64,000 nt of DNA, taken from Candidatus Thorarchaeota archaeon (lineage in GTDB: Archaea; Asgardarchaeota; Thorarchaeia; Thorarchaeales; Thorarchaeaceae). The stretch spans positions 192,001-256,000 of the forward strand of contig JBHLRP010000001.1 of assembly GCA_048882485.1 (NCBI GenBank), read 5' to 3'. Below the pieces are notes generated by a model. That model ran no database searches, had not been told where the DNA came from, and worked only from the letters and a program-made list of their open reading frames with translations. Each line of letters opens with the position of its first letter. Position 1 is the stretch's first letter. Both the position numbers and the translations under genes were made by a program. Positions 19,230 to 31,700 of this stretch are shown here, piece after piece.

Positions 19230-22200
19230 ATGAGCCGGAAACTAATGAAAGTCCGACTGCTATCTCTAGTTTTCATGACAATGATGCTTGTTGGGTATAT
19301 CCCACAGGCTGCTTGGGCTGGACAGGTTTTGAAACAGGAAGAGCCCCTGTTTGAAGATCCGTTGGCCAAGTATGATATTGAGCCTGTGTATATCATCTAT
19401 GACCCTTCACACGATTTAATGAAGGCCATATCTGAAGATGTGCATGAGGTTCTTGATTTTAGGCTTGAGCAAATCCGAATGATACCAATCACGGACTGGA
19501 GAAGCCTTGAGAACACTCTGATGGACGAACCTTGGATTGCCATTTACGCTTTGCAGTCACATCTTGAGGGTGTTCAATTCGCCGAAATGAATGTGACGTG
19601 GGCTCAATTCTATGAGCTGTTATCGAAGCATCCAATGACGCAGCATATTGTAGGTATGGGGAATACGCGGTCATTGGAACCGCTCATCCCAGAGTCTAAC
19701 TCAAACATCCGAACCAGCGAAGCGGAGCAAATTGATGGTTTGCTCCTAGCTTTCTTTGACATGTGGACATTGCATGAAGCTATTTCCACCAAATCTCATG
19801 TTAGCAGCGATTATGAGAATGCAGCTGGAGACCTTCGAACCATAGCACTGAAAATCTATGGCGACAATTTCAATGCGTTCTTTAAGCGGAGCATAGAGCC
19901 AATAAATCCCATTGGTGAGATAGATACCGATGATCTGAACCGGCGAACAGAGGAGATGTGGGCCAGACATGCACCAACCATTGAGCCCGCATTCTATCAT
20001 ATGGATGAGGATGGGAAGTTAATTGAGCTGCCTGAGGATGAGCTTCCCGAAGACTTCTCCCCTGCGATTAAGATTAGTACCGCTGAGGAGGTTGCATCTA
20101 GTGATTATATTCTGGGTGAGATTCCGCTTCTCTCTGCCCTCAGAGGACCCATTGGAGAGATTATTGATGTTCTGCTAAGCGTGCTTGGAGATTCCGGTTC
20201 AACGGTCATCTCCATCCCAACTGATCTCATCGAAACCATAAAGGAACTCTTCGAAGTTCTGGAACCAATTATCGGAATTGTGAAAGACTTCGACCTAGAG
20301 TCTCCCTTGAAATCAATTGTGCAGGCCATCGCTAGTGAGTTCCCATTTCTAGCTGAATTCAAAGATTATCTGAATATCATTTTGAAAGCTCTGTTCAATT
20401 TCAGAGGCGATATAGAGAGTATCCTTGGAATTGTCGGAGAACTAGTCACAGCGCTTCTACCAGACTCAGTTCCTGACATCGTAAAGGACTTCATTGGACA
20501 GATTCTTGGCACCGAGAATGGTCTTTGGGACCTGATCAGCAATGTCGTTTCGGAGGGCAAGGGTGTATTCGATACAATCTTCAGCTTCTTCACGAAGAAC
20601 ACTCTCCAAGCATTCCTCAATAAGACCCTTGCCGCCACGCTAGGAATGACCTCTGGACAGGTTTCCACACTACTTCCGCGAATCATCAGCTTCGTGGAAG
20701 GGACAATCGACTTTTTGACTACCAAAGACTTTGTGAAATTCATCGAGTCCATTGGCACTGACCTGCTGGGCTCAATCCTCTCAGTGACTGGCTTGGATGA
20801 TGCCGTGGATAAGGTGATGTCCATAGTCAAAATGGGCATGTCCGCTTTCGATTTATTGGATGAGTTCGACACGACCTCATTCCTGCAATTTGGTATGGAT
20901 ATGTTAAATGAGATAATTGGGCCTTCTAATATCCCTGATGGGGCTGAAGACCTTGCTCAACAGATCATGGGTGTAGTCAAGTCATTTCAGGAAGGCTCTT
21001 TCAGTGACATAAATGGTTTCAAATCACAGATATCAAGCATCCTTAATTCAGAAACTAGTGGTGTCACTCAAGCCATTAAAGATGTCATAACTGACACAAT
21101 GGCTATGCTGACAGGCTTCTTTAATGAGGGCTTCGACAAGAATCAGCTACCTGATCTCTTTGATATTGCCGCAGACCTGATTAATGAGGTCATAGGAGGA
21201 GGAGACGCTGCTCAAGTCATTGATGCGCTCAACAATGCTGTAAAGCCACTCATGGGCCTAATTGCCATCGTATCTGACAGTGATGCTTTGAAGAACATGG
21301 TAAGCAAGACAGTCAGTAATTTCGTATCCGAGCTCAGCGATGCTCCCACGATGATAAAGAACGTCCTCTCATATCTGGATGTGGAGAACATCATTAGTGG
21401 CTTGCCTGGTTCGGATGATGTGCTGGATACTGCTGGACAAATAGTCGGCGGTATCATCACCATGATTCAGAGTATCAAGGGGCAATCATTCCAGGGCATC
21501 ATGCAAGCCGTTCTGATGGCCGCTGGCTCGTTGGTTGGGTCACTGCCCGCCCTTGATGATGTTCCAATAGATGCTTTCCTGAAACTTCTGCAGTCATTCT
21601 TCCCAGATGCCTTCGGTTTCAGCAAGGACGACCTACCAAGTACGAACGAGATCATTGGTGACATAATGGATTATGCTGAAGGACTCCTCGGACCAGGCTT
21701 TGACGAGTCCATGCTTCAGGACACCCTTGAATTCTTCATGGACATCAAGGACATATTCACCAATGGTGTAAAGTGGCTGCTGGGGAAGGTGTTCGACTGG
21801 TTGAGTGGATTGATCAACCCCGTCCTAGAGGACATTGAGAACACAATCGAGGGATTGTTTGCAGGCCTCGATGACCTCTTAGGATTCTCAGGTAGCTTCC
21901 CGATAGGTCTTGGTGACTGGTCACTGTTCACCCTGGAATACTCTCTCGGGATTCGGGCGAACTTCGCCATCGACCTGAACCCCATCTTCGACATGATTGT
22001 GAGCATGATCTTCGATGCTCGCGAGGTCTTCTCCACGGACAATATTGGAGACTTCTTCAAGACCATATTCAGCTTCTTTGAGATCTCGCCACAGTTCTAT
22101 GCTGAGCTCGGCATTGGAGGTTTCGACACTGAGAAGAATCAGCTCATGAAGACCATGCTCACCACTCTCGGGCTGAAACTCTCCTTTGAGGGATCAGCCA

Positions 22201-25200
22201 AATTCGTCGTGAACCTCTTCACCTTCAGAGGTGGGATGTTTGAGTGGGACAACTTCTTCAAGATTATTGAATGGGGTCTTCACATTAAGATACACATCGG
22301 CAAGGTCTTCACACTCCTAGACTTCCTCACAGCAGGCGTAGGAGGCGGCGCTCTCAACGCAATTGCGGAGTTTCTGGGACTTGACTCCATAACAGTCGAG
22401 GTCTACTTTGAGATAGCTATCGACATTGTGAAGAAGGCAGCCACGGCTGTTGCTGCCGAGGTCTCTAGCATGACGCTCACCATCACATTCGGGGTGGCCA
22501 TACATATACCAATAGAACTGATCATCGTGGCCATCATCATAGATGGGTCGCTGGAGATCATATTGACGTTCTTCCAGGACTTCGCAGATCCGGCTCCAAT
22601 GAAGATCACATTGCGGCTGATTTTCACGCTCAAGGTGAAGTTCCGATTCCTGATGTTCGATGACTCTTCCACCTTCACTTGGGAGCCTGGCGGTCCATGG
22701 GACCTGTCACCACACCAGGGAGATACGGAATATAACACATCGGGAGTGGGATTTGACCAGGACGGGGATGGCTTAGGCGACTCGTTCGAGGACGAGACAC
22801 CCGGCCTGGACAAGACGAAGGCCGACACCGACAATGATGGAGCAAATGATAAACTCGAGTTCCAGACAATGGGAACGGACCATGCAAATCCTGATTCGGA
22901 TGGGGACGGGCTGTTGGACGGCGAGGAATGGGACCTCGGTACCAATCCGATGCGCGAAGACACTGATTGGGACGACGTGGACGATTACAAGGAAGTCAAG
23001 GTCTACAAGACCAATCCTCTCGAGCAGGACTCAGATGGAGACGGCTTAACAGATGCGTATGAGATCTACACGAAACTCGACATCTCTAATGTCACTCCGA
23101 CTGTCACTGAGGTCGTCATCGGTGGTCAGTCTTTCAATGATCGCACAGATCCTCTGAATCCCGATACAGATGGAGACGGTTTGCTCGACGGCGATGAAGG
23201 ACCAATGGGCGCCTACTATGGAGACCCCTCCCTCTACAATGATACAGAGGACACAAGCTCATCTACTGGGTGGGCAATGGACCCGAACCCACTCATTTTC
23301 AACGGTGGTTTCACTCATCCTCTCGACGCAGACACCGACGACGACTCTGCACTGCAGCTCTACAACGGAGTTGTTGACTCTCAGGCCTACCTGTTCCTAA
23401 AGGACATGAATGACGGAGCGGAGGTTGCAGGATTCACGATAATCATCTATGATGAGGAAGGGGAGCCGGAGAACAAGCATGTCTTCACGAACCCGTGTAA
23501 TCCGGACACTGATGGAGACACAGGCATCACAGACCGTACTCCGCTACCCGGAATGTGGATCAACAGTGATGGCTACGAACTTGCTCAGACTCCGCCCACG
23601 GACCCAACTGATGGAGACTCCGACGATGATGGGCTATTAGATGGGCTAGAAGGTGTCCTGAACCCATACAGCAACCATACCAATCCAAACGATGCTGACA
23701 CCGACGACGATGGTCTGTTTGACCTCCAAGAGATTCTCCTAGGAGCTGATCCTCGAGAGCAAGACACCGACGGAGATATGATCTCTGATGGCGATGAGTT
23801 CTACAGGTTCTTCACCAATCCTAATGTCTGGGACAGTGATTTCGACGGGCTAGGAGACGGAGAGGAAGTCTACATATGGCACTCCAATCCGCTCATCGAT
23901 GACAGTGACGCAGACAAAATCTATGATGGCGACGAAGTGCTGATGTATGGCTCGGACCCCATGGATGAGGATTCGGACAACGACGGTCTCACAGATTATG
24001 AAGAGATCTTCATCTACGGAACTGATCCCTTTGATTATGATAGCGACGATGATCTCTTGAGCGACGGCGAAGAGATCGAGGTCTATAACTGCGACCCCTT
24101 GTCTTGGGATACTGATCACGACTCGATAACAGAACCTAACGAGTATGGGGAGATGACATTCCCACTCAATGACTACCAGGAGGCCCATGGATTCTACATC
24201 TACCGTTTGATGGAAAACGGCACCATGTACAGGGAGTGGGTCTACACCAATATCACGGAGAGCGACACTGACGAAGATGGTCTCTCAGATGCCATGGAGC
24301 TTTATCTCGCTTCAGACCTGATTCCGTGGTTGGACCCCATACCTCTGGACCCGACAAATGCAGACACAGACCACGACTTCATCCCAGATGGTACTGAGCT
24401 AGCCATAGTGAACGTTTCAGGGCTCATTTATCCGTATAGAGCAATGACAGTGTTCTATAGATACAATACTTCGCCAGTCTTACGTGATTCAGACAATGAT
24501 ACCTTGATAGATTATCAAGAAGTGCTGGTATTCAATACCAACCCGGCGAACAATGATACTGACAATGACACCATCGCGGACTGGTGGGAGGTCTGGGTCT
24601 ACAATACATCTGCAATCTATAACGACACAGATGGTGATGGGCTCTTTGATTTTGAAGAGACCTTGGTGGAGGTGTGGCCTTATGGACCATGGCCGCCAGC
24701 CAACTGGTCCACAGGACTGGGAACTGAAGGGGGCTTTGCCTTGGCAGAGGACACACCGTTTGGATTGGCTAAGGACTTGCCAGCAAGGTGGTTGCAGCCC
24801 GCGGCGCCTATCTATAGCACTTTGGCGACGGATCCAGACTGCGACGATGATTGGTTGCCTGACGGAGCCGAAGTCAATTTCTATCATACCGACCCATTAG
24901 ACGAGGACTCAGATGGGGACGGCACTCTGGACACGATGGAATTCGATACTGATTTTGATGGGCTTGAAGACGGGCTTGAATTCAAGCTCCAGCTGTATAA
25001 GACAGGAGGCGGAATATTCGATCAAGATTCAGATGGCGATGGAATCTCAGATGGCTCTGAATACTATCTCTATCACACTGATCCCGGCTCGATTGATTCC
25101 GATGGTGACGGCTATCCCGACGGGCTTGAGGTAGCCATTGGCACAAATCCTGGATCCAACACGACTATCTACGAATATGAGTATGCAATCTCTGCAGCTC

Positions 25201-25781
25201 GGGGAGAAGCATCGATGGACATCCTGATGCCATTGGCCGTTGTGAATAATGCTCAAACTGTTGACGTGAATGTCTTGAACTTTACCTCATTCAAGTCCAT
25301 GGAGTTCCGATATAACACAACCAGTGGGGGATGGAGTGACAACATAACAATGACCTATAATCCCGCAACCATGACATGGATCTACGCCAATATGCAGTGG
25401 GAGATTGGCGGCTACCGGATTCAGGTATTCGCAATGGACTACGAAGACAACCTTCACTCAGCAACTAGGGATTTCACCGTCGCTGCAGCACCAACCTATC
25501 CAGAGCCCATCAATCCGCTTGTCTATCTTGGAATAGGAGTAGGAGTAGGAATCTTCGTTATCCTGTTCCTCTTGTATGGATTACCGATGATTGTCAGGTA
25601 CATGCGCAAGAGGCGAGAAACGGACACAGGGGGCGTGCCTCCAGAGCTGGAGGCGCTCACGGCGGATAGTGCTGAAGAAGAACCCGAGAAGCCAAAGAAG
25701 AGTGCCTCCAAGACGAAAAGCAAGGGAACTTCAACGAAGAGAAAATCCAGCTCGAAGACGAGCAAAAAGGGAGGTGCATAG
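19230..25781 (+). CDS. Giant single-pass surface protein: signal peptide, alpha/beta domain, long amphipathic helical region, amphipathic beta region, bacterial-type TSP3 Ca-binding repeats, Ig-like domain, TM anchor, Lys/Ser-rich tail
   Basis: 2183 aa. GGAGG SD before the ATG and an N-terminal hydrophobic signal. More than 20 DxDxDGLxDxxE...TxP repeats (~22750-25160). TM LVYLGIGVGVGIFVILFLLYGL. Confidence 0.88.
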   Translation: MSRKLMKVRLLSLVFMTMMLVGYIPQAAWAGQVLKQEEPLFEDPLAKYDIEPVYIIYDPSHDLMKAISEDVHEVLDFRLEQIRMIPITDWRSLENTLMDEPWIAIYALQSHLEGVQFAEMNVTWAQFYELLSKHPMTQHIVGMGNTRSLEPLIPESNSNIRTSEAEQIDGLLLAFFDMWTLHEAISTKSHVSSDYENAAGDLRTIALKIYGDNFNAFFKRSIEPINPIGEIDTDDLNRRTEEMWARHAPTIEPAFYHMDEDGKLIELPEDELPEDFSPAIKISTAEEVASSDYILGEIPLLSALRGPIGEIIDVLLSVLGDSGSTVISIPTDLIETIKELFEVLEPIIGIVKDFDLESPLKSIVQAIASEFPFLAEFKDYLNIILKALFNFRGDIESILGIVGELVTALLPDSVPDIVKDFIGQILGTENGLWDLISNVVSEGKGVFDTIFSFFTKNTLQAFLNKTLAATLGMTSGQVSTLLPRIISFVEGTIDFLTTKDFVKFIESIGTDLLGSILSVTGLDDAVDKVMSIVKMGMSAFDLLDEFDTTSFLQFGMDMLNEIIGPSNIPDGAEDLAQQIMGVVKSFQEGSFSDINGFKSQISSILNSETSGVTQAIKDVITDTMAMLTGFFNEGFDKNQLPDLFDIAADLINEVIGGGDAAQVIDALNNAVKPLMGLIAIVSDSDALKNMVSKTVSNFVSELSDAPTMIKNVLSYLDVENIISGLPGSDDVLDTAGQIVGGIITMIQSIKGQSFQGIMQAVLMAAGSLVGSLPALDDVPIDAFLKLLQSFFPDAFGFSKDDLPSTNEIIGDIMDYAEGLLGPGFDESMLQDTLEFFMDIKDIFTNGVKWLLGKVFDWLSGLINPVLEDIENTIEGLFAGLDDLLGFSGSFPIGLGDWSLFTLEYSLGIRANFAIDLNPIFDMIVSMIFDAREVFSTDNIGDFFKTIFSFFEISPQFYAELGIGGFDTEKNQLMKTMLTTLGLKLSFEGSAKFVVNLFTFRGGMFEWDNFFKIIEWGLHIKIHIGKVFTLLDFLTAGVGGGALNAIAEFLGLDSITVEVYFEIAIDIVKKAATAVAAEVSSMTLTITFGVAIHIPIELIIVAIIIDGSLEIILTFFQDFADPAPMKITLRLIFTLKVKFRFLMFDDSSTFTWEPGGPWDLSPHQGDTEYNTSGVGFDQDGDGLGDSFEDETPGLDKTKADTDNDGANDKLEFQTMGTDHANPDSDGDGLLDGEEWDLGTNPMREDTDWDDVDDYKEVKVYKTNPLEQDSDGDGLTDAYEIYTKLDISNVTPTVTEVVIGGQSFNDRTDPLNPDTDGDGLLDGDEGPMGAYYGDPSLYNDTEDTSSSTGWAMDPNPLIFNGGFTHPLDADTDDDSALQLYNGVVDSQAYLFLKDMNDGAEVAGFTIIIYDEEGEPENKHVFTNPCNPDTDGDTGITDRTPLPGMWINSDGYELAQTPPTDPTDGDSDDDGLLDGLEGVLNPYSNHTNPNDADTDDDGLFDLQEILLGADPREQDTDGDMISDGDEFYRFFTNPNVWDSDFDGLGDGEEVYIWHSNPLIDDSDADKIYDGDEVLMYGSDPMDEDSDNDGLTDYEEIFIYGTDPFDYDSDDDLLSDGEEIEVYNCDPLSWDTDHDSITEPNEYGEMTFPLNDYQEAHGFYIYRLMENGTMYREWVYTNITESDTDEDGLSDAMELYLASDLIPWLDPIPLDPTNADTDHDFIPDGTELAIVNVSGLIYPYRAMTVFYRYNTSPVLRDSDNDTLIDYQEVLVFNTNPANNDTDNDTIADWWEVWVYNTSAIYNDTDGDGLFDFEETLVEVWPYGPWPPANWSTGLGTEGGFALAEDTPFGLAKDLPARWLQPAAPIYSTLATDPDCDDDWLPDGAEVNFYHTDPLDEDSDGDGTLDTMEFDTDFDGLEDGLEFKLQLYKTGGGIFDQDSDGDGISDGSEYYLYHTDPGSIDSDGDGYPDGLEVAIGTNPGSNTTIYEYEYAISAARGEASMDILMPLAVVNNAQTVDVNVLNFTSFKSMEFRYNTTSGGWSDNITMTYNPATMTWIYANMQWEIGGYRIQVFAMDYEDNLHSATRDFTVAAAPTYPEPINPLVYLGIGVGVGIFVILFLLYGLPMIVRYMRKRRETDTGGVPPELEALTADSAEEEPEKPKKSASKTKSKGTSTKRKSSSKTSKKGGA

Positions 25782-25782
25782 A

Positions 25783-28700
25783 GTGAAGCTGAAGCTATTA
25801 ACAGTATCAATCATTGCGCTCTTTGTTGTAAGCGCTTTCAGTGTCATCCCGAGTACACCACTGTTGGGTACACATACAATGCCAACAGCAGCCGATGAAA
25901 CCCCTATTGGCTGGGAAGACCTCACTCCTGATATCCAAGCAAAGGTCTCTGAGATGTTCGCACCCACTGTTCAGACTATGCCATCTGACCAGGACATTGG
26001 TCAGGTTCTTGGCGACCGCGTGAACGACTATAAGCTGAATTATGAACCTTGGCGTTCCAAAGCTGCAATCCATGCGATTGCATATGATGAAGGGACAGGC
26101 TTTCTAGCAATGGGTGGAGGCTATTTGTATGACAACCAGATTCACATCTTCCGGCTCAATACTGAGACTCAGCTCTGGGACAAGGTCTGGGATACTGGAG
26201 ACAGTGTCTTCCAAAGCGATGTGATGGCTCTCGACTTTGCTGATACTGACCTTAACAACTTCATCGAAATCATTGCTGGATGCTCCGACGGATTTGTATA
26301 TGTCTTTGAACAGCGCCATCTGTACGATCCCTACGCCAACACTGAGAACCAATTTGACCATGTTTGGACATCTCCCGACATGTTCCGAGTCTTCGCCCTA
26401 AAGGTCGATGATGTCGACAGGGACTACAGACCTGACATCATAGCAGGTGGATGGGATGGCAAACTGCACCTGTTTGAATACGACAATCACTCTGGCTATC
26501 CATTTGTAGAAGAACACTGGATAACCTATGATGAAGTAGCGACGCTTGAAGTTGGCGAGAAGATATACAGCTTGGAGACCGGTGATACAAATTACAACGG
26601 TCTTCCTGAGATCGTCTGTGGTTCGAGAGATGGGACTGTCTACGTCTTTGAGAACGATGGGATCACCATCATGATCAATGGGCAGCCCTTCCCTCTGATT
26701 TATGACAATCACTACTATCTCAACTGGACCTCTGAGAACTATACCTGGACACCGATACAATCTATGGCTGTTGGTGAGCTTGATGGTACTCCGGGCGATG
26801 AGATTGTCATGGTCGCTCAGGGCCAAGGAGTCTTTACTCTTGAGTGGAATCCATTGAGGAAGACCTACGACTACCAAAAGGTCTACCGTGGCTTCAAACC
26901 TTGGGAGACATTTGGGTTCTGGCAGCTTGACAATTATGTCGACAGAATGATCTATGCACATAATGTCACTTATCACGACCCAGTGAATCCTGGCATTATA
27001 GAGAATGAACCTATCCAGTATGTCTGGAATGAGATTCTCGAGATATTTGAGCCAGATGCGAGCGTCTATCCATACAACTCAGGAATGGCTGGTCCTGTGC
27101 ATCTGCCAGGAGGAGGGATAGATGCCAACTTCTCTAGATTCAATGCCTTTTTGGTTGGGGTTGACAACGCAACAGCAATTCTCGACTTCGGCCTCGACGA
27201 GGAGGGAACTGGTGGGGCGAATAGCTATGATGACATGCTCGTCTATTTCAAATCAGGGACGGATATGAGTCATCTCCAGTATGACTTCTGGCTATACATC
27301 TCGCAAGATGGCACAGACTGGGAACTCGTTTCCTCAGAATACTACAATCCTGTTGGAAACATCCTCGGCGTGGATGTGGATGATGTGCTATCACCTAGGA
27401 AATGGGATTGGTTTAGATATGTCAAGATAATGGTGAATAATTCTGCATATTATGAGGTGAATGGAATAGAGCTTGTGCAAGTATACAATACGCTGACTGA
27501 TGCATTGAGTGTGACCGTCGGTCCGCTTCGGTTGGATGGCTTAAGCTATCTTCAGGGTCTTGAGGAGCCAATCAAAGTCTTAGTAGGCAGCGTGACTGGC
27601 GAAATCAATGCAATCATGTATAATGACACCACCCATGAGTACGAAGTAATATACGACTCAGGGGATGACTCGTTCTATACATTTGGTGCCAACATATGGG
27701 ATATGGTCTATGTTGGGAATGAGCCTGATGTGCCAACATGGAACTGGCAATATGGGATGGCGTGGCCCTCCGATTTTGGTACAACCTACAACTCATGGAG
27801 CTATGCGAATCTTGATCCTTGGCTCTGGGGTAGCTCCACATTCAACTACCTCATGGGAACAAATGAGGGCCAGGTCCGTGCATTTACAGTCCCTGATGTT
27901 GTCCCAATTGCATCTGAGCCAGTCATTGATGTCACGACACAGTCATACTTCAACAACATCAACGTTGAGCTCCCTCTGGATGGATGGGTGAACGTATCAG
28001 TTGAAGCACCTCTCTTCGTGAATGAATTGGAGGTTGCCAATCCCTATAGCATATGGCCATTCATCGCGATGGGCGTTCTCAATCCTTCAATTCCTATTGA
28101 GAGTATTCCCCTCACTGCTGAGGAGGGCTCTCCCTCAAGAGCTTCGATCGTGTTCTATTATAGGGATTCAGAGATATCGAATTTCAACCACCGTATTGAC
28201 CTCTACGAGGTAGATACCACTGGGGAACTCACCGAGTTAATCAATCTGGCAAAAGCTGAGCCTAAGCTAGACTTTGCAGACTTCGATAATGATGGTGATC
28301 TCGATTTTGCTGTATCCAACGGATATGTCTACATGGCTAGAAACATGTGGTATGAAACGGGAGTGATGAATTTCACCTATGTCAGGGGGTACTTTGATAA
28401 GATCAATTCCAAGGAAACTAGCAAGGTCTGGGGTCAACCTGAAATGGTGGACATCGATTCAGATGGCGATCTTGATATAATCATGAGCTATGCGAACAGC
28501 ATGGGGGCAACATGCTGGATCAATGATGGCACCTCGGAGGTTCCAATCTGGGTGGAAGACAAGAAGATCATGTCCAATCCACTCCCTGAAACCAACATGA
28601 AATATCAGAACTTCACTGATGTTCGAATCGTGCCCAAGATTGGAGGATACACCAGTGGCTATACCCTCGAGAGATGGTATGAATTCTGGGGATGGGACAT

Positions 28701-31700
28701 GGACTTTGATTGGACGCTAGCTGGTTATCGAGAATACAACCAAAGGATAGCATGGGCAGCGCCTGAATTCGATACAACAGAGAGCTACATTGTTGCTAGC
28801 TACCCAAGGGTAGCCCAACTCGACCTGTCTCTCATGAGTGGCGGAATAGATGGACTCGAGCTTTATAGTAACATTGGGTTCCACGTGCATGAATCATGGA
28901 GTAATGATGCAGATCTTGAGGAGTGGACACTCTCAATAACCACTGGGGATATCGATGGAGATGGGAATGGAGAGCTGATAGTCGGAGACTATGACAACAA
29001 TGTCTATGCTTTCGAGCACTTGGCGAATAATACCTACAAACGCATGTTCCGGTCTTTCGACCTCAATCACAGTGAGGTAACGGACATCTCTCCGTATCTC
29101 TATGAGGAGTTGGAAGGAATCTCAGGTGAATTCAATAGAAAGATCTGGGACCACGCCAAACACCTGGTTGCCGATGTTGACCTCGACCAAGATGGGTACA
29201 AGGAGATAATTGTGGCATCGAATCTCCAAATCTATGTCTTTGAAGATGAGGGTCTCTATGGAGGCGACCTCCTGACCTTCCAATACTCTATTGATCTTCG
29301 GGAATCAAACTGGGCAACGAGAACTCCATTTGTAAACGACGTGACTGAAATAACTGCAATGGCTGCGGGAGATGATTTGGACTATAATGGAGAACTCGAA
29401 TTGGCTGTCGCTGCTGGCCCATATCTCCTGATTTATAACATCCCGGTCGGTTCCTTTGAGGGATTCGAGGACAAGGAGTACTTCGTAACATCACCTGGAC
29501 TAGAAGGCCGATACTTCCTCGTAGGCAATCCGGAGTTCTCAGACTTCAGGTACTATTACATAAATGCGATGGTCCTCTGTGACACCGACAAGGATGGCTA
29601 TAGAGAGGTCTTGATAGGAGGAATCAACGATACTCGTCTTGTTCGTCAGAACGGTTTTGTTACTCTCTATGAGTGTCAGGGTGGCACTTTCTATGAAGCT
29701 TGGCATGCACCGCCAGAGGTGACCTATTGGAATCCAGTAAGTGTTTTGGCACTCGATGACCAGGATATGGACGGGTCACAAGAGATTGTAATTGGGCACA
29801 CCAACGGATTCGACTTGTGGGAGTGGATACCTGGAACAGATTCTCAGTACCAGAAGGTGGAATACGTGACAGCATCGCCAAACTATCCGAAAGTTCCATT
29901 GCGAACGAGCTACCATTCCTCGGATTCGTTGCTCAATTCAGCATTAACAAACCGTTCCATCAATGACTTGGCTCATGGTGTATATGGGATTCAAGAGAAT
30001 TGGACACTTATGGTATATGAGAATGGGCAAGAGATTTGGTGGAAATGGTACTCGGAGGTTGATGATGTATGGACTCCAGGCGCAAAATGGATGGATTTGG
30101 CTGGCCTCGCGTATACAGGCAATCTCAGCAACATAGTTTCAGAAATTCGTCCAAGTGTCCTGATTCCAGGCAATGGAGACATCTACGCTTCGTGGGAAGC
30201 GTATGATTCTGGCGGTCAGCACTATATCGCCTTGAGTTGGGGTGATGTGTCAGCAGGCGTCTGGCATGGCCCTATCCTTTGGCCTGATACTTATGGAATT
30301 CAGCCTATCGGTACCACATTCTATGATCGATACTACCCGAGCCTCTTTGAGTATGACTCAACCCATATTGGAATTGTTTTCATGTACGATGCATGGAATA
30401 TATTCACTGGAAATGTCTATGGACGTGTTGGAGCTGCATACATCAATGAGGACCTGTCAGGCGGTTGGGCAAACAATCATCCCAACTTCAATGACAGGAC
30501 CTACTATCAAGTGCACGATGTCGATGTCGTTGAGCTTAATGATGGTGATTTTGCCATTGCAATGTCAGCAGTCTATACACGGGCCGGAAAGGCTGACCAT
30601 GATATATGGGTAGTTGTGGGTAACAATGAATTCAACTTCACGGAAACGAATCCTCACCAGGCAACAACATCCTATGACGATGAGATGTTCGCATCGATTG
30701 ATGAGCTGAAATCTGAAGAGCATGCAATAGTCGTTGCGTACGAATCAATAGGAGTGGAGCTGGAAGATAGGCTCGGTATGGTTTCAAGCAAAACAAAGGG
30801 CAGAGAATGGAGCTATCAAGAAACACTCAACACTATCCCTGAATACATTGAGAGAACTGAGATGCCGGGAGGCTATGTCTACTATTCGCTCAAGGGATCT
30901 CCCATCAAGATATATCAGCTCTCAATATTCTCTCCCTCCGTGTTGGCGAGTGATGGAGCAGGATTCATGTATACGGCGACCTTCAGCTATAGACTGTACC
31001 TCCCACCGGGAATGGTTTCAGACAAGGGCTTCTGGATCGCTGTGCACGACATTGTCTACGGACGAAATCCACAGTCTGACTGGGCTCTGAACCACCTCCG
31101 AGATGTCATTGACCTTGATGTCGGCGATACAGATTCCGATGGCAGACGTGAAGTCGTGGTTGGATTTGAGAACCAGGTGGGTGTCTACGAGATGAAGCGC
31201 TCTACCAATGGCACCGACTTCATGAGCCATGAGGAGGCCTGGTTGTCCAATCCATTCGATAATCCCGTAACTGGCGTCACTGTATATGACACCAATGGCA
31301 ATGGGTGGGAGGAAATTGGAGTATCTTCGGAAAGAGGAGATGTATATATCTACGAGTATCTCGATCCGTCAGAAGGAGCAGTCAATCTGAAATACTCACA
31401 GCAGGCTTGGACCTATTCCACATACGGCGATCAGGATCCGCTTTTTGATGGTCTCCTATATCCGGACCTGATGCAAGCCTACGACCTGGATCAGGATGGA
31501 AGAGATGAGATAATTCTCGCGTCGTATCAACTCGGCATTATCCAGGCAATAGACGAGTTTGGGAGTCAAATCTGGGAGAATGCAGATGATGTATTCGATG
31601 GATTCTCAAGCATAATTCTGAGCGACCTATATGCTGATGGACTGCCTGAGATAATAGCTACATCGAAAGACGGCAACCTCTATGTCTTCAACATCCAAAC

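Noticed and set aside
20100-21880. Helical region as a phage tape-measure protein or provirus
   Set aside because: It is embedded in a signal-peptide and TM-anchored protein, and there are no capsid, terminase or integrase genes in the window.
25591-25782. ORF-track start at 25591 for the FG-GAP protein
   Set aside because: It overlaps the upstream gene by ~190 nt. The GTG at 25783 has a strong SD and begins a proper signal peptide.
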